Source of the DNA: the human T2T-CHM13v2.0 reference genome, Homo sapiens
NCBI RefSeq assembly: GCF_009914755.1
Contig: NC_060947.1
Direction: 5' to 3' (one strand)
Length of the DNA: 64,000 bases
Position numbers and translations under genes: made by a program. The notes beneath the pieces are model-generated. The model worked only from the letters and a program-made list of their open reading frames with translations. It searched no databases and had not been told where the DNA came from. Positions 26,882 through 40,737 of this stretch are shown here, in pieces (position 1 is the stretch's first letter; each line of letters starts with the position of its first letter).

Positions 26882-28602
26882 TTTTTAAAATTTTTTATAA
26901 TTTATAATTTTTATTGTTTTAGAGCATACATAAAATATATCATCTTAACCATGTAATACGTACAGTTAAGTGTCATTAAGTAGACTCGTGTTGTTGTGTA
27001 ACCATCATCAATCTCCATCTCAAGAAATTTTTCATTATCCTGAACTGAAACTCTGAACTTAATAAACACTAAATCCCCAATTCCCTCTCCCCCAGGCCCT
27101 GTAACCTTCATTCTATTTTCTGTTTTCATGAATTTGACTATCATAGGTACCTCATATAAGTGGAATCATAAAATACTCTTTGTTTCCTTCTGCCTCTGGC
27201 TTGTTTCACTTATAATGTATTTAAGATTTATCCATTTGTACCATGTATCATATTTTCCTTCCTTTTGAAGGCTGCATAATATTCCTTTGCATGTATATTC
27301 CACATTTTGTTCATTTATCTGTCAGTGTACATGGGTTTCTTCCACCTTTTAGCTTTTCTGAATACTGCTGCTAGGAACATTAGTGTAGCAATATCTATTT
27401 GTGCCTCTGCTTTCAATTTTTTGCTTATATACACCAAAGTAGAATTGCTGAATCATATGGTAATTTAATGTTTAGTTTTTTGGAGAACGTCCATATTATT
27501 TTCCACAGTGATTGCACCATTTCATTTTCCCACCAGCAATGTACAAAGTTTCCAATTTCCTGACTTGCCAACACTTGTATTTTTCTGGCTTATTATTGTT
27601 TTTTAAATAATAGCCATCCTTCTGAGTGTGAAGTGGTTTCTCATTGGTGTTTTGATATGCATTTCTGATCAAATGTGATTAGTGATTGCAAACGTCTTTT
27701 TATGTGCTTATTGCCTATTTGTATGTCTTCTTTGGATAAAAGCTTATTGAAGTCTTTTTCCCACTCTTAAATCAAATTTTATTGTTTTGTGTTATAGTAG
27801 TTCTTTATATATTGTGATTATTAATCCTTTATCATATATATAATTGAAAAATATCATCTCCCATTCTGTGTTTCATTTTTACTCCCCTGATTATGTCGTT
27901 TCATGCATAAACATTATTAATTTTGATGAAGTCCAATCTATCCATTTTTCCTATTTTGATATGTAATTTGGTGTCATATCCAAGAACTGACTACATATTC
28001 CTATGCTTTCTCTAAGAGTTTTATGCTTTTAGCTCTGACACTTAGGTGTCTTACTTATTCTGAGGTAATCTTTCTGTAAGGTAAGGGTCCTACTTCATTA
28101 TTTTGTAGTGCATATACAGTTTTGCCAAAACCATTTATCGAAAAGACTGTTCTTTCCTTATTGTGTGATCTTGGCACCCTCATCAAAAATCATTTGACTA
28201 TATATGTGAGAGTTTGTTTCTGTTCTCTTCATTCTATTTCACTAGTCTGAATGTATGTATTTTGGTCAACACTACACTGTTTTAGTTACTGTAGCTATGT
28301 AGTAAGTTTTAAAATCAGGAAGACTGAGTCCTCAAACTTTGTACTTCTCTTTCATTATACGTTTTTTTCTTATTTGCGGTCTCTTAGAATCCCATATGAA
28401 TTTTCAGATAGATTTTTCTGTTTCTTCAAAATACATTATTGAAATTCTGATACAGCTTGCACTGAATATGTAGATTAGTTTTTCTAGCATTGATATCTTA
28501 ACAATATTAGTTTTCTAGTGGATTGTTATGGGATGCATTTCCATTTACTTATGTCTTTTAAAATTTCTTTTAGCAATGTTTTGCAGTTCTGTACAAGACT
28601 TT
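26882..28602 (-). mobile_element. L1MB (L1MB2-4-like), 3' part
   Basis: CATCTTAACCA...TACAGTTAAGTGTCATTAAGTA...CTGAACTGAAACTCTG; GGTACCTCATATAAGTGGAATCATA. Continues at 36750. Confidence 0.85.
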
Positions 28603-31600
28603 TTAATTTTTGGGGGGCATATAGTAAGTGTATCTGTTTATGCATTACATGAGATATTTTGATACAGGCATGCAATGTGTAATAATCACATCAGGATAAA
28701 TGGGGTATCCATCACCTCAAGCATTTATTATTTGTGTTTCAAATGATCCAATTATTCTCTTTTAGTTGTTTTTAAATGAAGAAGGTGCCACTGCACACCA
28801 GCCTGGGTGACAGAGTCAGACCCTGTCTTAAAAAAAAGAACAATTAAATTAGTTTTCACTAGAGTCACCTTATTGTTCTAGCCTATACTAGGTTTCATTC
28901 ATTCTTTTAAACTATTTTTTGTGCCCATTAATTATCCCCAATTCCTACACCTCCCCCCATCCCCACTACTCTTTCCAGCTTCTGGTATCCATCATTCTAC
29001 TCTCTATCTCATTGACTTCAATTATTTTTATTTTTAGCTACCATAGTTAAGTGAGACCATGCGATGTTTGCCTTTCCATGTCTAATTTCACTTAACATAA
29101 TGACTTACAGTTCCATCCATATTACTGCAAATGACACCATCTCATTCTTTTTTACAGATGAATAGTACTCCATCGTGTATAAATACAACATTTTCTTTAT
29201 CCATTTATCTATTGAGGAACACTTGAGTTGCCTCCAAATCTTGGTTATTGTGAACTATGCTGCTACAAATGTGGCAGTGCAAAACTCTTCTTGATATACT
29301 AATTTCCTTTCTTTTGGGTATATGCCTACCAGTGGAATTTCTGGCTCATATGATAGTTCTGTTTTAAGTTTTGAGAAACCTTCAATCTGTTTTCCATAAT
29401 GGTTGCATTAATTTACATTCCTAATAACCGTGTACAGGGTTCCTATTTCTCCACATGTTTTGCCAGCGTTTGTTATTGCCTGTCTTTTGGATAGAAGCCA
29501 TTTTAACTGAGGTGAGATGATATTTCATTTTAGTTTTGATTTGCATTTCTCCCATGATTAATAATGTTGAGTACCTATTCATATACCTGTTTCCCATTTT
29601 TATGTCCTCTTTTGAGAAGTGCCTATTCAGATATTTTGTTCATTTCTTAATTAGATTATTAGATTTTTTCCTATAAAGTTGTTTGAGCTTCTTATATATT
29701 CTGGTTATCAATCCCTTGTCAGATTAGTAGTTTGCAAATATCTTCTCCCATTCTCTGTGTTGTATCTTCACTTTGTTGATTGTTTTCTTTGCTGTGCAGA
29801 AGGTTTTAAACTTAATGTGACCCCATTTCTTCATTTTTTTTTCCTTTGGTTGCTTGTGCTTGTGGAGTATTACTCAAGAAATCTCAGCCTACTCCAATTT
29901 CCTGTACAGTTACCTCAATGTTTTCTATGGGAATTTTAGAGCTTGAGGTGTTAGATTTAAGTCTTTAATCCATTTTGATTGGATTTTTGTATATGGTGAG
30001 AGATAAGAATCTCGTGTCATTCTTCTGCATATTGATATCTAGTTTGCCCAGCACCACTTACTGAAGAGACTCTTTTCCCAGCATAGGTTCTTGGCACCTT
30101 TGTAAAAAATGAGTTCACTGTAGACGTGGTTTCATATAAATTTTAGGATTTTTTTTCTGTGAAGAATGTCATTGTCAATTTGACAGAGATTGCGTTGAAT
30201 CTGTACATTGCTTTGGGCAGTATGGACATTTTAACAGTATTGATTCATCCAATCCATAAACATAGAATATCATTCATTTTTTTGTGTTCTCTTCAATTTC
30301 TTGCATCAGTGTTTTATAGTTTACGTTGTAGTTTTCTTTCACTTATTTGGTTAAGTTAATTCCTAGGTTTTATTTTATTTGGGGCTATTACAAATGGGAT
30401 TAATTTTTGGTTGCTTTTTCAGATTGTTCACTGTTAACATATAGAAATGCTACTGATTTGTGTATGCTGATTTGTATTCTGTGATTTCACTGAATTTGTT
30501 TATCAGTTCTAATAGTGTTTTGGAGAAGTCGTCAGGTTTTTTCCAAATATAAGATCATATCCTTTTCAAAGAAGTATGATTTGACTTCTTCCTTTCCAAT
30601 TTTAATGCCCTTTTTATGTTTCTCTTGTCTCATTGCTCTATCTAAGACTTCCAGTACTATGTTGAATAATAGTGGTGTAATTGGGCATTCTTGTCATGTT
30701 GCAGATCTTAAAGTAAAGGATTTCCATTTTTCCCCATTCAGTATGTTACTAGCTGTGGGTCTGTTATGATTTATGTTATGTTGACGAATGTTCCTTCAAT
30801 ACCTAGTCTTTTGAGGGTATTTATCACGAAAGTATGTTGAATTTTATCAAATACTTTTTCAGCATCAATTAAAATGATCATATGTTTTTTATCCTTCATT
30901 CTGTTTATATGATATATCCCACTGATTGATTTGTGTATGTTGAACCATTCTTGCAACCCAGTGACAAATCCCACTTGGGTATGATGAAAGATCTTTCTAA
31001 TGTAGCATTGAATTGTTTGCTAATACGTTGTTGAGGATTTTTTTTGCATCATTATTTTTCTGAGATACAGGCCTATAGTTTTCTTTTTTGATGTGCCTTT
31101 GTCTGGTTTTGTTATCAGGGTAACACTAGCCTCATAGTATGAGTTTGGAAGTATTCCCTCCTTTTGTGCTTTTCAGAATATTTTGAGTTGGGTTGGTATT
31201 AGTTCTCCTTTAAACGTTTGGTATAATTTAGCAGGGAAGCCATTGGATCTTTGGCTTTTCTAAAAAAACTGGGAAATTCTATTATGGCTTCAATCTCATT
31301 ACTTGTTATTGGTCTATTCAGGTTTTAAATTTATTCCTGGTTCAGTCTTGGTAGGTTGTACATTTCTAGAAATTTATCCATTTCCTCTGGATTTTTTGAT
31401 TTTTTGACGATCATATTCTCATAACTGCTAATGATCCCTTGAATTATAGCGGTATCAGTTGTAATGTCTCCCTTTTTATTTATCATTTTATTTATTTGGG
31501 TCTTCTCTTTTTTCTTATTTAATGTAGCTAAATGTTTGTCAATTTTATTTATCTTTAATAAAACAACTTATTGTTTTGTGAATCTTTCATATTGTTTTCT

Positions 31601-33552
31601 TAAGTTCAAATTAATTTACTTCTGCTGTGATAGTATTTCTTTTGTTCCACTATGTTTGGGTTTAGTTTGCTCTTGCTTTTTAATTCTTGAGATACATCAT
31701 TATGTTATTTACTTGAATGTTTTCTTTTTTTTTTTTTGATGTAGGCACTTATAGTTATCTATCTCTCTATTTGTATAGTTTTGCTGTATCCCATAGGTTT
31801 TTATATATTGTGTTTCCATTATCATTTGTTTCAAGAAAATATTCAATTTTCTTAATTTCTTTATCTGCCCCCTGGTCATTCAGGAGCATATTCTTCAATT
31901 TTAATGTGTTTGTATATTTTCCAAAATTCATCTTCTGATTGATATCTAGTTTTATTCCATGTAGTCAGAGAAGATGCTTGACATTAGTTCAATTTTTTTA
32001 AATGTTTTAAGACTTGTTTTGACCGAATATGTGCTTTATTCTTGAGAATGATCTATGTGCTGAGGAGAATAATGTGTATTTCAGCCATTGGATGAAATGT
32101 TCTGTAAATATCTATCAGGCCCATTTATTCTATAGTGTAGACTAAGTCTGATGTTTGTTTATTTTTTGCCTGTATGATCTGTCCAATGCTGAAAGTGGGG
32201 TATTGAAGTCTCCAGCTATAATTGTATTGAGGTCTGTTTCTCTCTTTTGCTCTAATAGTATTTGCTTTATGTATCTGGGTGCTCTTGTGTTGGGTGCACA
32301 TATAAGTAAAATTGTTATAACCTCTTAATGAACTGACCTTTTATCAATATATAGTGACCTTCTTTGTCTCTTCTTACAGTTTTCGTCTTGAAATCTATTT
32401 TGTCTGGTATAAGTAGAGCTATTTCTGCTCTTTTTTGGTTTCCATTGCCATGAAGTATCTTTTTCCATCCCTTTATTTTCAGTCTATGTTTAGGTTTATA
32501 GGTAAAATGCATTTCTTGAAGGCAGCAGATCACTGAGTCTCTTAAAACAAATCTGTTCAACCACTTTATATATTTTGTTTGGCGAGTTTAATCTATCTAC
32601 CTTCAATGTTATCATTGATATGTAAGAACTTACTTTTGTCATTTTGTTATTTGTTTTCAGGTTGTTTTGAAGTCTCCTCTTCCTTCTTTCCTTTTTTTCT
32701 GTCTTCCTTTTAGTGAAGGTAATTTTCTTTGTTAGTATGATTTAGTTTCTTGCTTTTCATTTTTTGAGTATTTGTTGCATGTTTTCCAATTTGAAGTTAC
32801 CATGACTCTTGCAAGTAATATCTTATAACCCATTATTTTAAGCTCATAACAACTTAACAATATTTGCAAGGCAGCATTGAATTCAATGTGAAACCTCCCA
32901 GTTCCTTTGCTATCTTTTCCCAGGTGCACAGTTTTCTCCAAGCTATGTGGCTGCTTCAGGGGGGATGGGAGGGGGATGGTACAAGCATGCTCTTTAGCTA
33001 CTCCTCCTGGTGTCTCATTAGGTCACCTGCCTGCCCAGTCCACTGGCTCTGAGCCAAGTTCAGCAGTAGGACTTGCCTAGTAATTGCAGTCCTTGTGGCC
33101 CAGACTGCTACTCAAGTTCACTTGGGGTCCCAGAGCACTGCAGTCTACAATGGTGAGGCTTCCCAGAACTCACACTCTGACTACTGGAATGGGTGATTAC
33201 CCTCCGGCTAGGGCCAGTCCAAGTGCTTCCTTCATGGAAAAATGTCAGGTGAGTGAAGGCCAATTCTACTTTCCATTGTGACAGGGCAGCACTGACTTTA
33301 ATTCAAAGCCTCACAATGACTGTGCTCTGCACCGCACAACCACTGCCAGGGGATGGGGGAGGGGTTGAATTGGCTCTTCAAGACTGTTTTTCCTGCCATC
33401 TTCAATGTCTTTTTCAGTAAAACCAGGTACTGTGGTTGCTCACTTATTTATGGTTTTTGTAATAGTGCTTTCTGTGTGAAGTTAGTTGTTAAAATTTGGT
33501 GTTCTTGCAGGGAGAACAAATGGTGTAGGCTTCTATTTGGCTATCTTGCTAC
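28603..33552 (-). mobile_element. L1MA2/3-like element with both ends; ORF1 deleted (jump at about 32868)
   Basis: 3' end ATGAGATATTTTGATACAGGCATGCAATGTGTAATAATCACATC. ORF2 peptides at 30771-30974 and 32315-32560. 5' terminus motif (rc CAAGATAGCCAAATAGAAGCC) at about 33528-33548. Confidence 0.8.
28785..28837 (+). mobile_element. 5'-truncated Alu (last ~45 nt plus A tail)
   Basis: GTGCCACTGCACACCAGCCTGGGTGACAGAGTCAGACCCTGTCTTAAAAAAAA. Confidence 0.85.
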
Positions 33553-36500
33553 ACATTTCATTTATTTATCTTCAGTCTTTGTGTACCTTTATAGGTAAAG
33601 TATGCATCATGCAGGCAACAGATTATAGTGTCTTGTTGTCTTACCCATTTGGCCATTCTGTGTCATTTTGTTAGAGAGTTTAGTCCCTTTATATTCAATG
33701 TTATTGATAAGTAAGGACACACTATTGCCATGTTGTTGCTTGTTTTCCTAACTCCCTTCTTTTCCTCCTTCCTGGCTTCCTTTTAGTGAAGGTGGTTTTC
33801 TCTAGTGATATGATTTAATTTCTTTTTTATCTTTATTTTTTTTATATCTCTTGTATGTTTTTTGATTTGAAGTTATGATGAGAAATATAAATATTTCCTT
33901 ACAACCCATTATTCTAAGCTGATAACAACGTAGAAGCATTTGCAAAACAAAAAGAAAGCTAATAAAAACCCTAAATCAAAAATTTGTCCCCCACTTTTTA
34001 ACTTTTTGTTGGTTCTGTTTATATCTTATTGTACTATGTCTTAAAATTTATTGTAGTTATTATTTTTTATTAGTTCATCTATTAGTCTTCCTTTTTAAGT
34101 TAAGAATAGTTTGCATACCAGAGATTCAGTGTTATAATATTCTGTGGGGTTTTTTGTTTACTTACTGTTGCCAGTGAATTTTATACCTTCAGATGATTTC
34201 TTATTGTTCATTAATGTTCTTTTTTATGATTGAAGTATTCCTTCCTTTAGCATTTCTTGTAGGAGAGGTCTGATGTTGAGTAAGTCCTCCAGGTTTTGTT
34301 TGTCTGGAAAAATATTTCTTCTTCATGTTTAAAGAATATTTTCAATGGTTATACTGTTCTAGGGTAAAAATTTTTGTTTTTTTCTTTGGCAATTTTAATA
34401 TGTCACGCCACTCTCATATATTGGAGCTCCATTGTATGTTATTTCTTTCTTTTCTTTTGCTGTTTTTATGATCCTTTTGTTATCTTTGACCTTTGACAAT
34501 TTGATTATTAAATGCCTTGAGGTAGATGTCTTTGGATTATATCTGCTTGGTGTTCTATCACCTTTTTATACTTGGATATTGATATATTTCTCTATGTTTG
34601 GGAAGTTCTCTGTTATTATCTCTTTGAATAAATTTTCTACACTTATCTCTTTTTCCACCACCTCTTTAAGACTCTTGGATTTGCCCTTCAGAGGCTATTT
34701 TCCAGATTTTGTTTATGTGCTTCTTTTTTATTACTATTATTTTTGTCTCCTCTGTGTATTTTCAAATAGCCTATCTTCAAGTTCACCAATTCTTCCTTCC
34801 ACTTGATCAATTATGCCCATTAAATGTCTCTGATGCATTCCTCAGTATGTCAATTGTATTTTCAACTCCAGAATTTCTGCTTGGTTCTTTTTAATTATTT
34901 CAATCTCTTTGCTAAATTCATCTGATAAAAGTCTGAATTTCTTCACTGTGTTATATTGAATTCTTTTTGAATTTCCTCAAAACAGTTATTTCAAATTCTC
35001 TATCTGAAAGGTCACATACCTCTGTTTCTCCAGGATTGGTCCCTGGTGCATTATTTAGTTTGTTTTATGAGGTCATGTTTTCTTGGATGGTGTTTATGCT
35101 TGTAGAATTTCTTCCGTGTCTGAACATTGAAGAGTTACATATTTACTGCAATCTTCACACTCTAGATTCATATTTGCATGTTCTTGGGATGCCTTTCCAA
35201 GTATTTGAAACGACTTGGGTACTGTGATCTAAGCTGTACCTTCCATAGAAGGCATCCTGATATAATTTGGCTGTGTCCCCACCCAAATCTCACCTTGAAT
35301 TATAATAATCCCCACATGACAAGGGTGAGGCCAGGTGGAGATAACTGAATCATTGGGGCATTTTCCTCCAAACTGTTCTCATGGTAGTGAATAAGTTTCA
35401 CAAGATCTGATGGTTTTATAAATGGAAGTTTCTCCTGCACACGCTCTTTTGCTTGCCACCATGTAAGACATGACTTTGCTTCTCCTTTGCCTTCTGCCAT
35501 GATTGTGAGGCCTCCTCAGCCACGTGGAACTATGAGTCCTTTAAACCTCTTTCCTTTATTAATTAGCCAGTTTTGGGTATGTCTTTATTAGCAGTGTGAG
35601 AACAGACTAATACACACCCCAAGCCCAGTAATGCTGTGGTTGCTTCAGACTCATAGAGATATCACCTTGGTGGTCTTGGATAAATCAAGAAAAATATTCT
35701 GGATTGATGGGCAGAGACTCTTGTTCTCTTCCCTTATTTTCTTCCAGGTAAACAGAGTATCTCTTTCTGTGCTGAGCCACTTGTATCTAGGGGTGAAGTG
35801 ACACAAGCACCCCATGGCCACTACCACTGGGAGTGCACTGGGTCAGACCTAAAGTCAGCACAGCACCGGGTCTCAGGCCCACTGTAACCACTCCCTGGCT
35901 ACTGCCTATGTTTGTTCAAGGTCCTAAGGGTGTACAATCATCAGGTAAAGCTGTTAAGGCTGTCTTTTCCTTTAGGATAGCAAGTTTCCCCAGGCCTGAG
36001 GTGGGTCCAGACATGCTCTCTAGGCACCAGGGACTACAGTAAAAAACCTTAGAAATATACCTGATGTTTTGTTGTACTGCTGCTGAGATGGCACTCAAAC
36101 CACAAGAGCAGTTGTTCCCACTCTTCGTTCCCCTTTCAACAGACAAAGGAGCTTCACCACGTGGCCACTGCCAACACAGGCCCACAGGGAATATGGCCAG
36201 GATATCATGAATGTTCACTTAAGGTCCAAGGGCTCTTTAGTCAGCTTCTGGTGGATGTTGTCAGGCCTGAGACTCACCCTTCAGGACAATGGGCTACCTT
36301 CTCACCCAGGGCAGATCCAGAAATGCTATCCCAGAGCCTTGGCCTGGAATTGCGGACCCCGAGACATTCTTGGTGCTCTATGCCCTGTTCTCTAGCTGTA
36401 CCTAAGGTGCAAGACACAGTACTTCATCTAACTGTAGCCACCATACCTGGGAATGTGCTGTGTCTCACCTGAAGTCAGAATGTCTTAGAGTCTCACCCAA

Positions 36501-36749
36501 GGCCCATGGCATACTACTTGGGTATTGCTGCTGGTTATTCAGTGCCTAAGGGTTCCTTAGTCAGCAAGTGATTGGTATCATAATTACTAGGTTCTTCCAG
36601 TCAATGCAGTGGGCTCTCTTCCAGCCCAGGGTGTGTCTAGAAATGTTGTTCAAGTGTTAGAGCCAAGAATGGGGGCTTCACATCTAGATCCAGTGCCCTG
36701 TCCTACTATGGCTGAGTTGGTATCAAAGATTCAATACAAAGTCCTCTTT
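33553..36749 (-). mobile_element. Second L1MA/L1M1-type 5' segment (ORF2 start, spacer, ORF1 remnant, 5'UTR)
   Basis: 33560-33945 is a diverged paralog of 32470-32868. ORF1-like antisense sequence (TTTGGGAAGTTCTCTGTTATTAT) and a repetitive 5'UTR follow. Confidence 0.75.
35258..35614 (+). mobile_element. THE1B-like solo LTR
   Basis: TGATATAATTTGGCTGTGTCCCCACCCAAATCTC...GAGAACAGACTAATACA; TSD CATCC/CACCC. Confidence 0.93.
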
Positions 36750-36844
36750 TGAACAAGTTTTTATTCTTCTTGTTTTATATTATCTAAATATTTTAGACAT
36801 TTTATGTTCTCGTTGATGTTATTTTAAGTAGGATTGTTTTCTCT

Positions 36845-37105
36845 TTTTCTTTTAATTACATTTATTATATTGTGGTAAAATATACATAACACAAAACTCA
36901 CCATTTTAAACCACTTTTATGTGTATGGTTCAATGGTATTAAGTACATTCACATTGCTGTGCAACCATCAACTTCATCCAAATCCAGAATATTATCTTCC
37001 CAAACTGAAATTCTGTATCCATTAAACAATAACTCCTCATATCACCCTCTCTCCAGTCCTATACAACAACTAATATTTTTGTCTTTTTAAATTTACCTAT
37101 ACTAA
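36845..37105 (-). mobile_element. L1MB3-like 3' fragment nested in L1MB
   Basis: TTGTGGTAAAATATACATAAC...AAGTACATTCACATTGCTGTGCAACCATC...CCATTAAACAATAACTCC. Confidence 0.8.
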
Positions 37106-37807
37106 TATCATTTTAGGTTTGTTCTTTGTTATTATGTAGAAATGTAAGTGATTTTGCATATTAATATTGGATCTGACAACATTCTCTAATTGATTTATTA
37201 TTTTCAAATGTGTTTTCTAAATGTGTAGTATCATTCGTGTTTTCCACATATAAGATCATGTCATTTGCAGATGAGCTAATTTTACTTCTTCCTTTTTAAT
37301 TTGATATCCTTTATTTCTTTATCTTGCATAAGTACTCTGGGAACTTCCAATATTATGTTGAATTGAAGTGATGAATTCTGGATCTTTGTCTTGTTCATAT
37401 TAGAGAAAAAGCTTTTAGTCTTGCATCACTGAGTATGATGTCAGTTGTGATTTTTTTCACACATAACATTTAGTATGTTGACATAATTTGCTTCTATTTC
37501 TAGTTTGTTTAATGTTTTTATAAAGACAATGTATTGTATTCTGTCAAATGCTTTTTCCATTTCAATTGAAATGATCATGTGTTATTCCTTTTTATTCTGA
37601 TAATGTGATGTATTATATTGATTTTCATATCTTCAACAATCGTTGCATTCCAGGATTAAATCCTAATTGTCATGTTGTATAATATTTTAACAGTCTGCTG
37701 AATTTGGTTTGGTAGTGTTTAATTGAGAGATTTTTCCATCAATATTTAAATGATATATTTGGTATGTAATTTTCTTGCAGTGTCTTTCTCTGGCTTTGAT
37801 ATCAAGG

Positions 37808-38187
37808 TGAATTAGCCCATTTTCACATTGCTATAAAGAAGTACCTAGGACTGGGTAATTTATAAAGAAAAGAGTTTTAATTGGCTCACAGTTTCACAGG
37901 GTGTACAGCAAGCATGGCTGATGGAGGCTTCAGGAAACTTACAATCATGGCAGAAAGCGAAGGAGGAGCTGGCACGTCCTACATGACTGGAGCAGAAGAC
38001 AGTGAAGCAGAAAGTGCTACACACTTTCAAACAATTAGATCTCATGAGAACTCACTCACTATCATGAGAAAAGCAATGGGAAATCTGCCCCCGTGATCCA
38101 ATCACCTCCCATCGTGTCCCTCCCTCAACATCGAGGATTACAATTCAACATGAGATTTGGATGGGGACACAGAGCTAAACCATATCA
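37808..38187 (-). mobile_element. MSTA-like solo LTR
   Basis: ATTGCTATAAAGAAGTACCT...CAGGAAACTTACAATCATGGCAGAA...AAACCATATCA; flanks CAAGG/TGAGG. Confidence 0.9.
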
Positions 38188-38989
38188 TGAGGTAATGCTG
38201 GCCTCATAATGACTTCAAAAATGTTTGTCCTTCTTCAATTTTTTGGGAGTTTTTTAAAAATTGAGACATTCCTTTTCAAATGTTCAGTAGAATTCACCAG
38301 TGAAATTATCTGTTCCAGGGCTTTTCTTTGTTAGGAGATATTAATTACTGTTTCAATCTCCTTATTAGTTATGTGTATTTAGATTTTCTATTTCTTTATG
38401 TTTCACTCTTGGTAGGTCATATGTTTCCAGGGATTTGACCATTTTATTTAGATTATCTTATTTATTGTAAATGTTTTCATAGTGCACTTTTGTAATCTTT
38501 TTTATTTGTCTAAACTTAGAACTGATATCCTAACTTTTATTTCTGATTTTAGTAACTTGAGTCTTCTGCAATATTGATTGTTTAAAATGAGTGAAGCAAC
38601 ACATTTGTCAAAATCTGGAAGAGAAGAATATACTCAGTATCATTTTCAGGTACATTATCCAAAGGGCTAGGGCACATGGTACCAGCTGGTGGGGAGAGGA
38701 GTATAGATTGTGAATTAGGTGTTAGAGAGAGCTGAGACCTGGAAGGTGTCCATGGCAAACACAGAGGCAACCTGGTGTGTTAGATCCCGGAGTGCATTCA
38801 TGGGATGTGGAGGTAGACAAAATAATTTTAGAGAAGATTGTTCTGAAAGATTTCCCAGCTGTCTGTTTTACAGGTGTGCCCAAAATAACATATCTAGAAT
38901 GGGACTCATTTTCCCTTCAGGATGAGTTTCCATCTGAAATCTAGAAATTACCCAAGGGCTTCTGTTCCAGCATAGAAATTTCAATGTTT

Positions 38990-40060
38990 TTCTATATTTC
39001 CCATTTTGTCTGTCTCCATATTACTCAACAACTCTGTCAATTCTACTTTCATAATGCCTTTTACATCTATCCCTTCTTTTCCACTCTCACTACCATCACC
39101 CTGGTTTAAGACGTTATTATTACTGATGCTATTATGAATGCATACTCCTTGTCTCCCATCTTCTACAAGCAATCTTGCATCCTCAGTGATGTTGTCCATC
39201 TCCCAGAAATATCCTCTCTATATCCTATAGCAGTGTATCAAAGTGGAGTGTGTGTGCCACAGGGAATATGCAAGATAATATACTAGGGAAAGGAAAGAAA
39301 ATATTAGAAACTTCGTGTTATTTATTTTAGATTACCCTTCTAAAATTTTATTTTATGTTCATTTATAATATATGCAATGCATTAATTAGTATAGTGGTAT
39401 GTAAATATGATTTATAAATAAACAAATAAGTTTGGAGTGCATCTTTTATGAGATGGTTGTGAGGCCTATAATGATTTTAGACAATTTATCTACAGAATCA
39501 AGTCTAAATTATTTAACCTAATATTCAGGCTCTTCATTATCTGACATCACTCCATTATACGTTTAGACTAATCTTCAAATAATTCAAAAGATGTAGTTTC
39601 TGCTTCAGCTATGCTTTCACTCAAATATTCCTCGAACATTTCCCAACCCTATATCATTAACCCTAGTCTCCTGGCCTAAAATGGCCTTTCACTTTCCTTT
39701 TATTTGTCTAAGTCATGTCCATCTTTCAAGAAATAGTTCATACCACTTCTCATCTAGGGAGGCTTCTCTGGCTATTATAATTCTCTAGATTCCAAAAGCA
39801 ATTATAGCCTATAACTATTTGTAAATTAATTATATCTGACATGGTAATGTTATCAACATTTTTATATAAAAATGTAAACATGCATATCTGTATAGTTTGT
39901 ATGCATCTAGAGTACAGAAATATATTGTCATTTTACTTTTTCTGTAAACTTCATTCATGGAATCCAGGACAGTACCTTATTCATAGTAGGCCATCAATAT
40001 GTATTTTAAAAGATAATACACATATATACAAAATGTTATTAAAATGTTGAAAAAATATAT
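38990..40060 (+). mobile_element. L2 fragments interrupted by a hAT MITE
   Basis: CTGTCAATTCTAC...CACTACCATCACCCTGG; CCATCTTTCAAG; CATAGTAGGCCATCAATAT tail. Confidence 0.55.
39231..39487 (+). mobile_element. hAT-Charlie non-autonomous element (Charlie4-like)
   Basis: CAGTGTATCAAAGTGG...GCAAGATAAT...GGAAAGAAAATATTAGAAACTT. 8-bp flanks TCCTATAG/ATCTACAG resemble the Charlie NTCTAGAN target. Confidence 0.55.
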
Positions 40061-40339
40061 GAAATAAAATGGAAGGTAGTATACTTAAATTTTAGGGAAA
40101 GATGAAATAAAAGAAGGTGCACTAGAAGATGATCATGGAAGGCTTCTTGGAGAAGTTGAATTTTGATCTAAGTTTCAAAGATAGTAAAGGACAAGAGTTG
40201 GAAAAAAAAGTATTCTTTATTGAGGGAATAAAAAAAAATCTGAGTTTTAATTGTTTCCTATGCAAACTTAGTGTTAAAAGTTTGAGAGGTTGACAAGTGA
40301 TTGAAAGCATGAGACTATATTTAAGAATGCAGCTATTGA

Positions 40340-40562
40340 AATCGAATAGATTTCATTTTGGATTCTGTCTCTGCTTCATGACTAATGCTGAAGTTAATTA
40401 AGTGGCCATGGACAACTTAACTATTTAAGTTGTGAAAATTGAATTGTGAGATTATTGTGAGAATTGAATGAAATGAATTGAATGTACTAAACATTGTCTC
40501 TTTCACATAGTAAGTGTGCAATAAATGTTAGCTAAAACTGATAGTACTACTACTATTATTAT
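40340..40562 (+). mobile_element. MIR fragment
   Basis: ATTGTGAGAATTGAATGA...CACATAGTAAGTGTGCAATAAATGTTAGC. Confidence 0.6.
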
Positions 40563-40737
40563 TAAGTAAAAAAAGACTTATTTTTAAAGTTAGTTTGTAG
40601 ATGATAATTTTTCTCTAAATTACAAGAAATGGAAGCAAATGAGACTTCAGAAGGTGTGTTTAGGGGTGAGTAAATTGGCTGGACATCCTGTGTGAAGAAA
40701 AACAGGATTATAGCATGATGTTTTGTGCCTTGAATCC

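Larger units (their letters stand above)
36750..38570 (-). mobile_element. L1MB ORF2 continuation (interrupted by an L1MB 3' fragment and an MSTA LTR)
   Basis: Resumes ORF2 antisense where 28602 stopped. TAAGATCATGTCATTTGCAGAT is the antisense of the FADD region. Confidence 0.8.
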
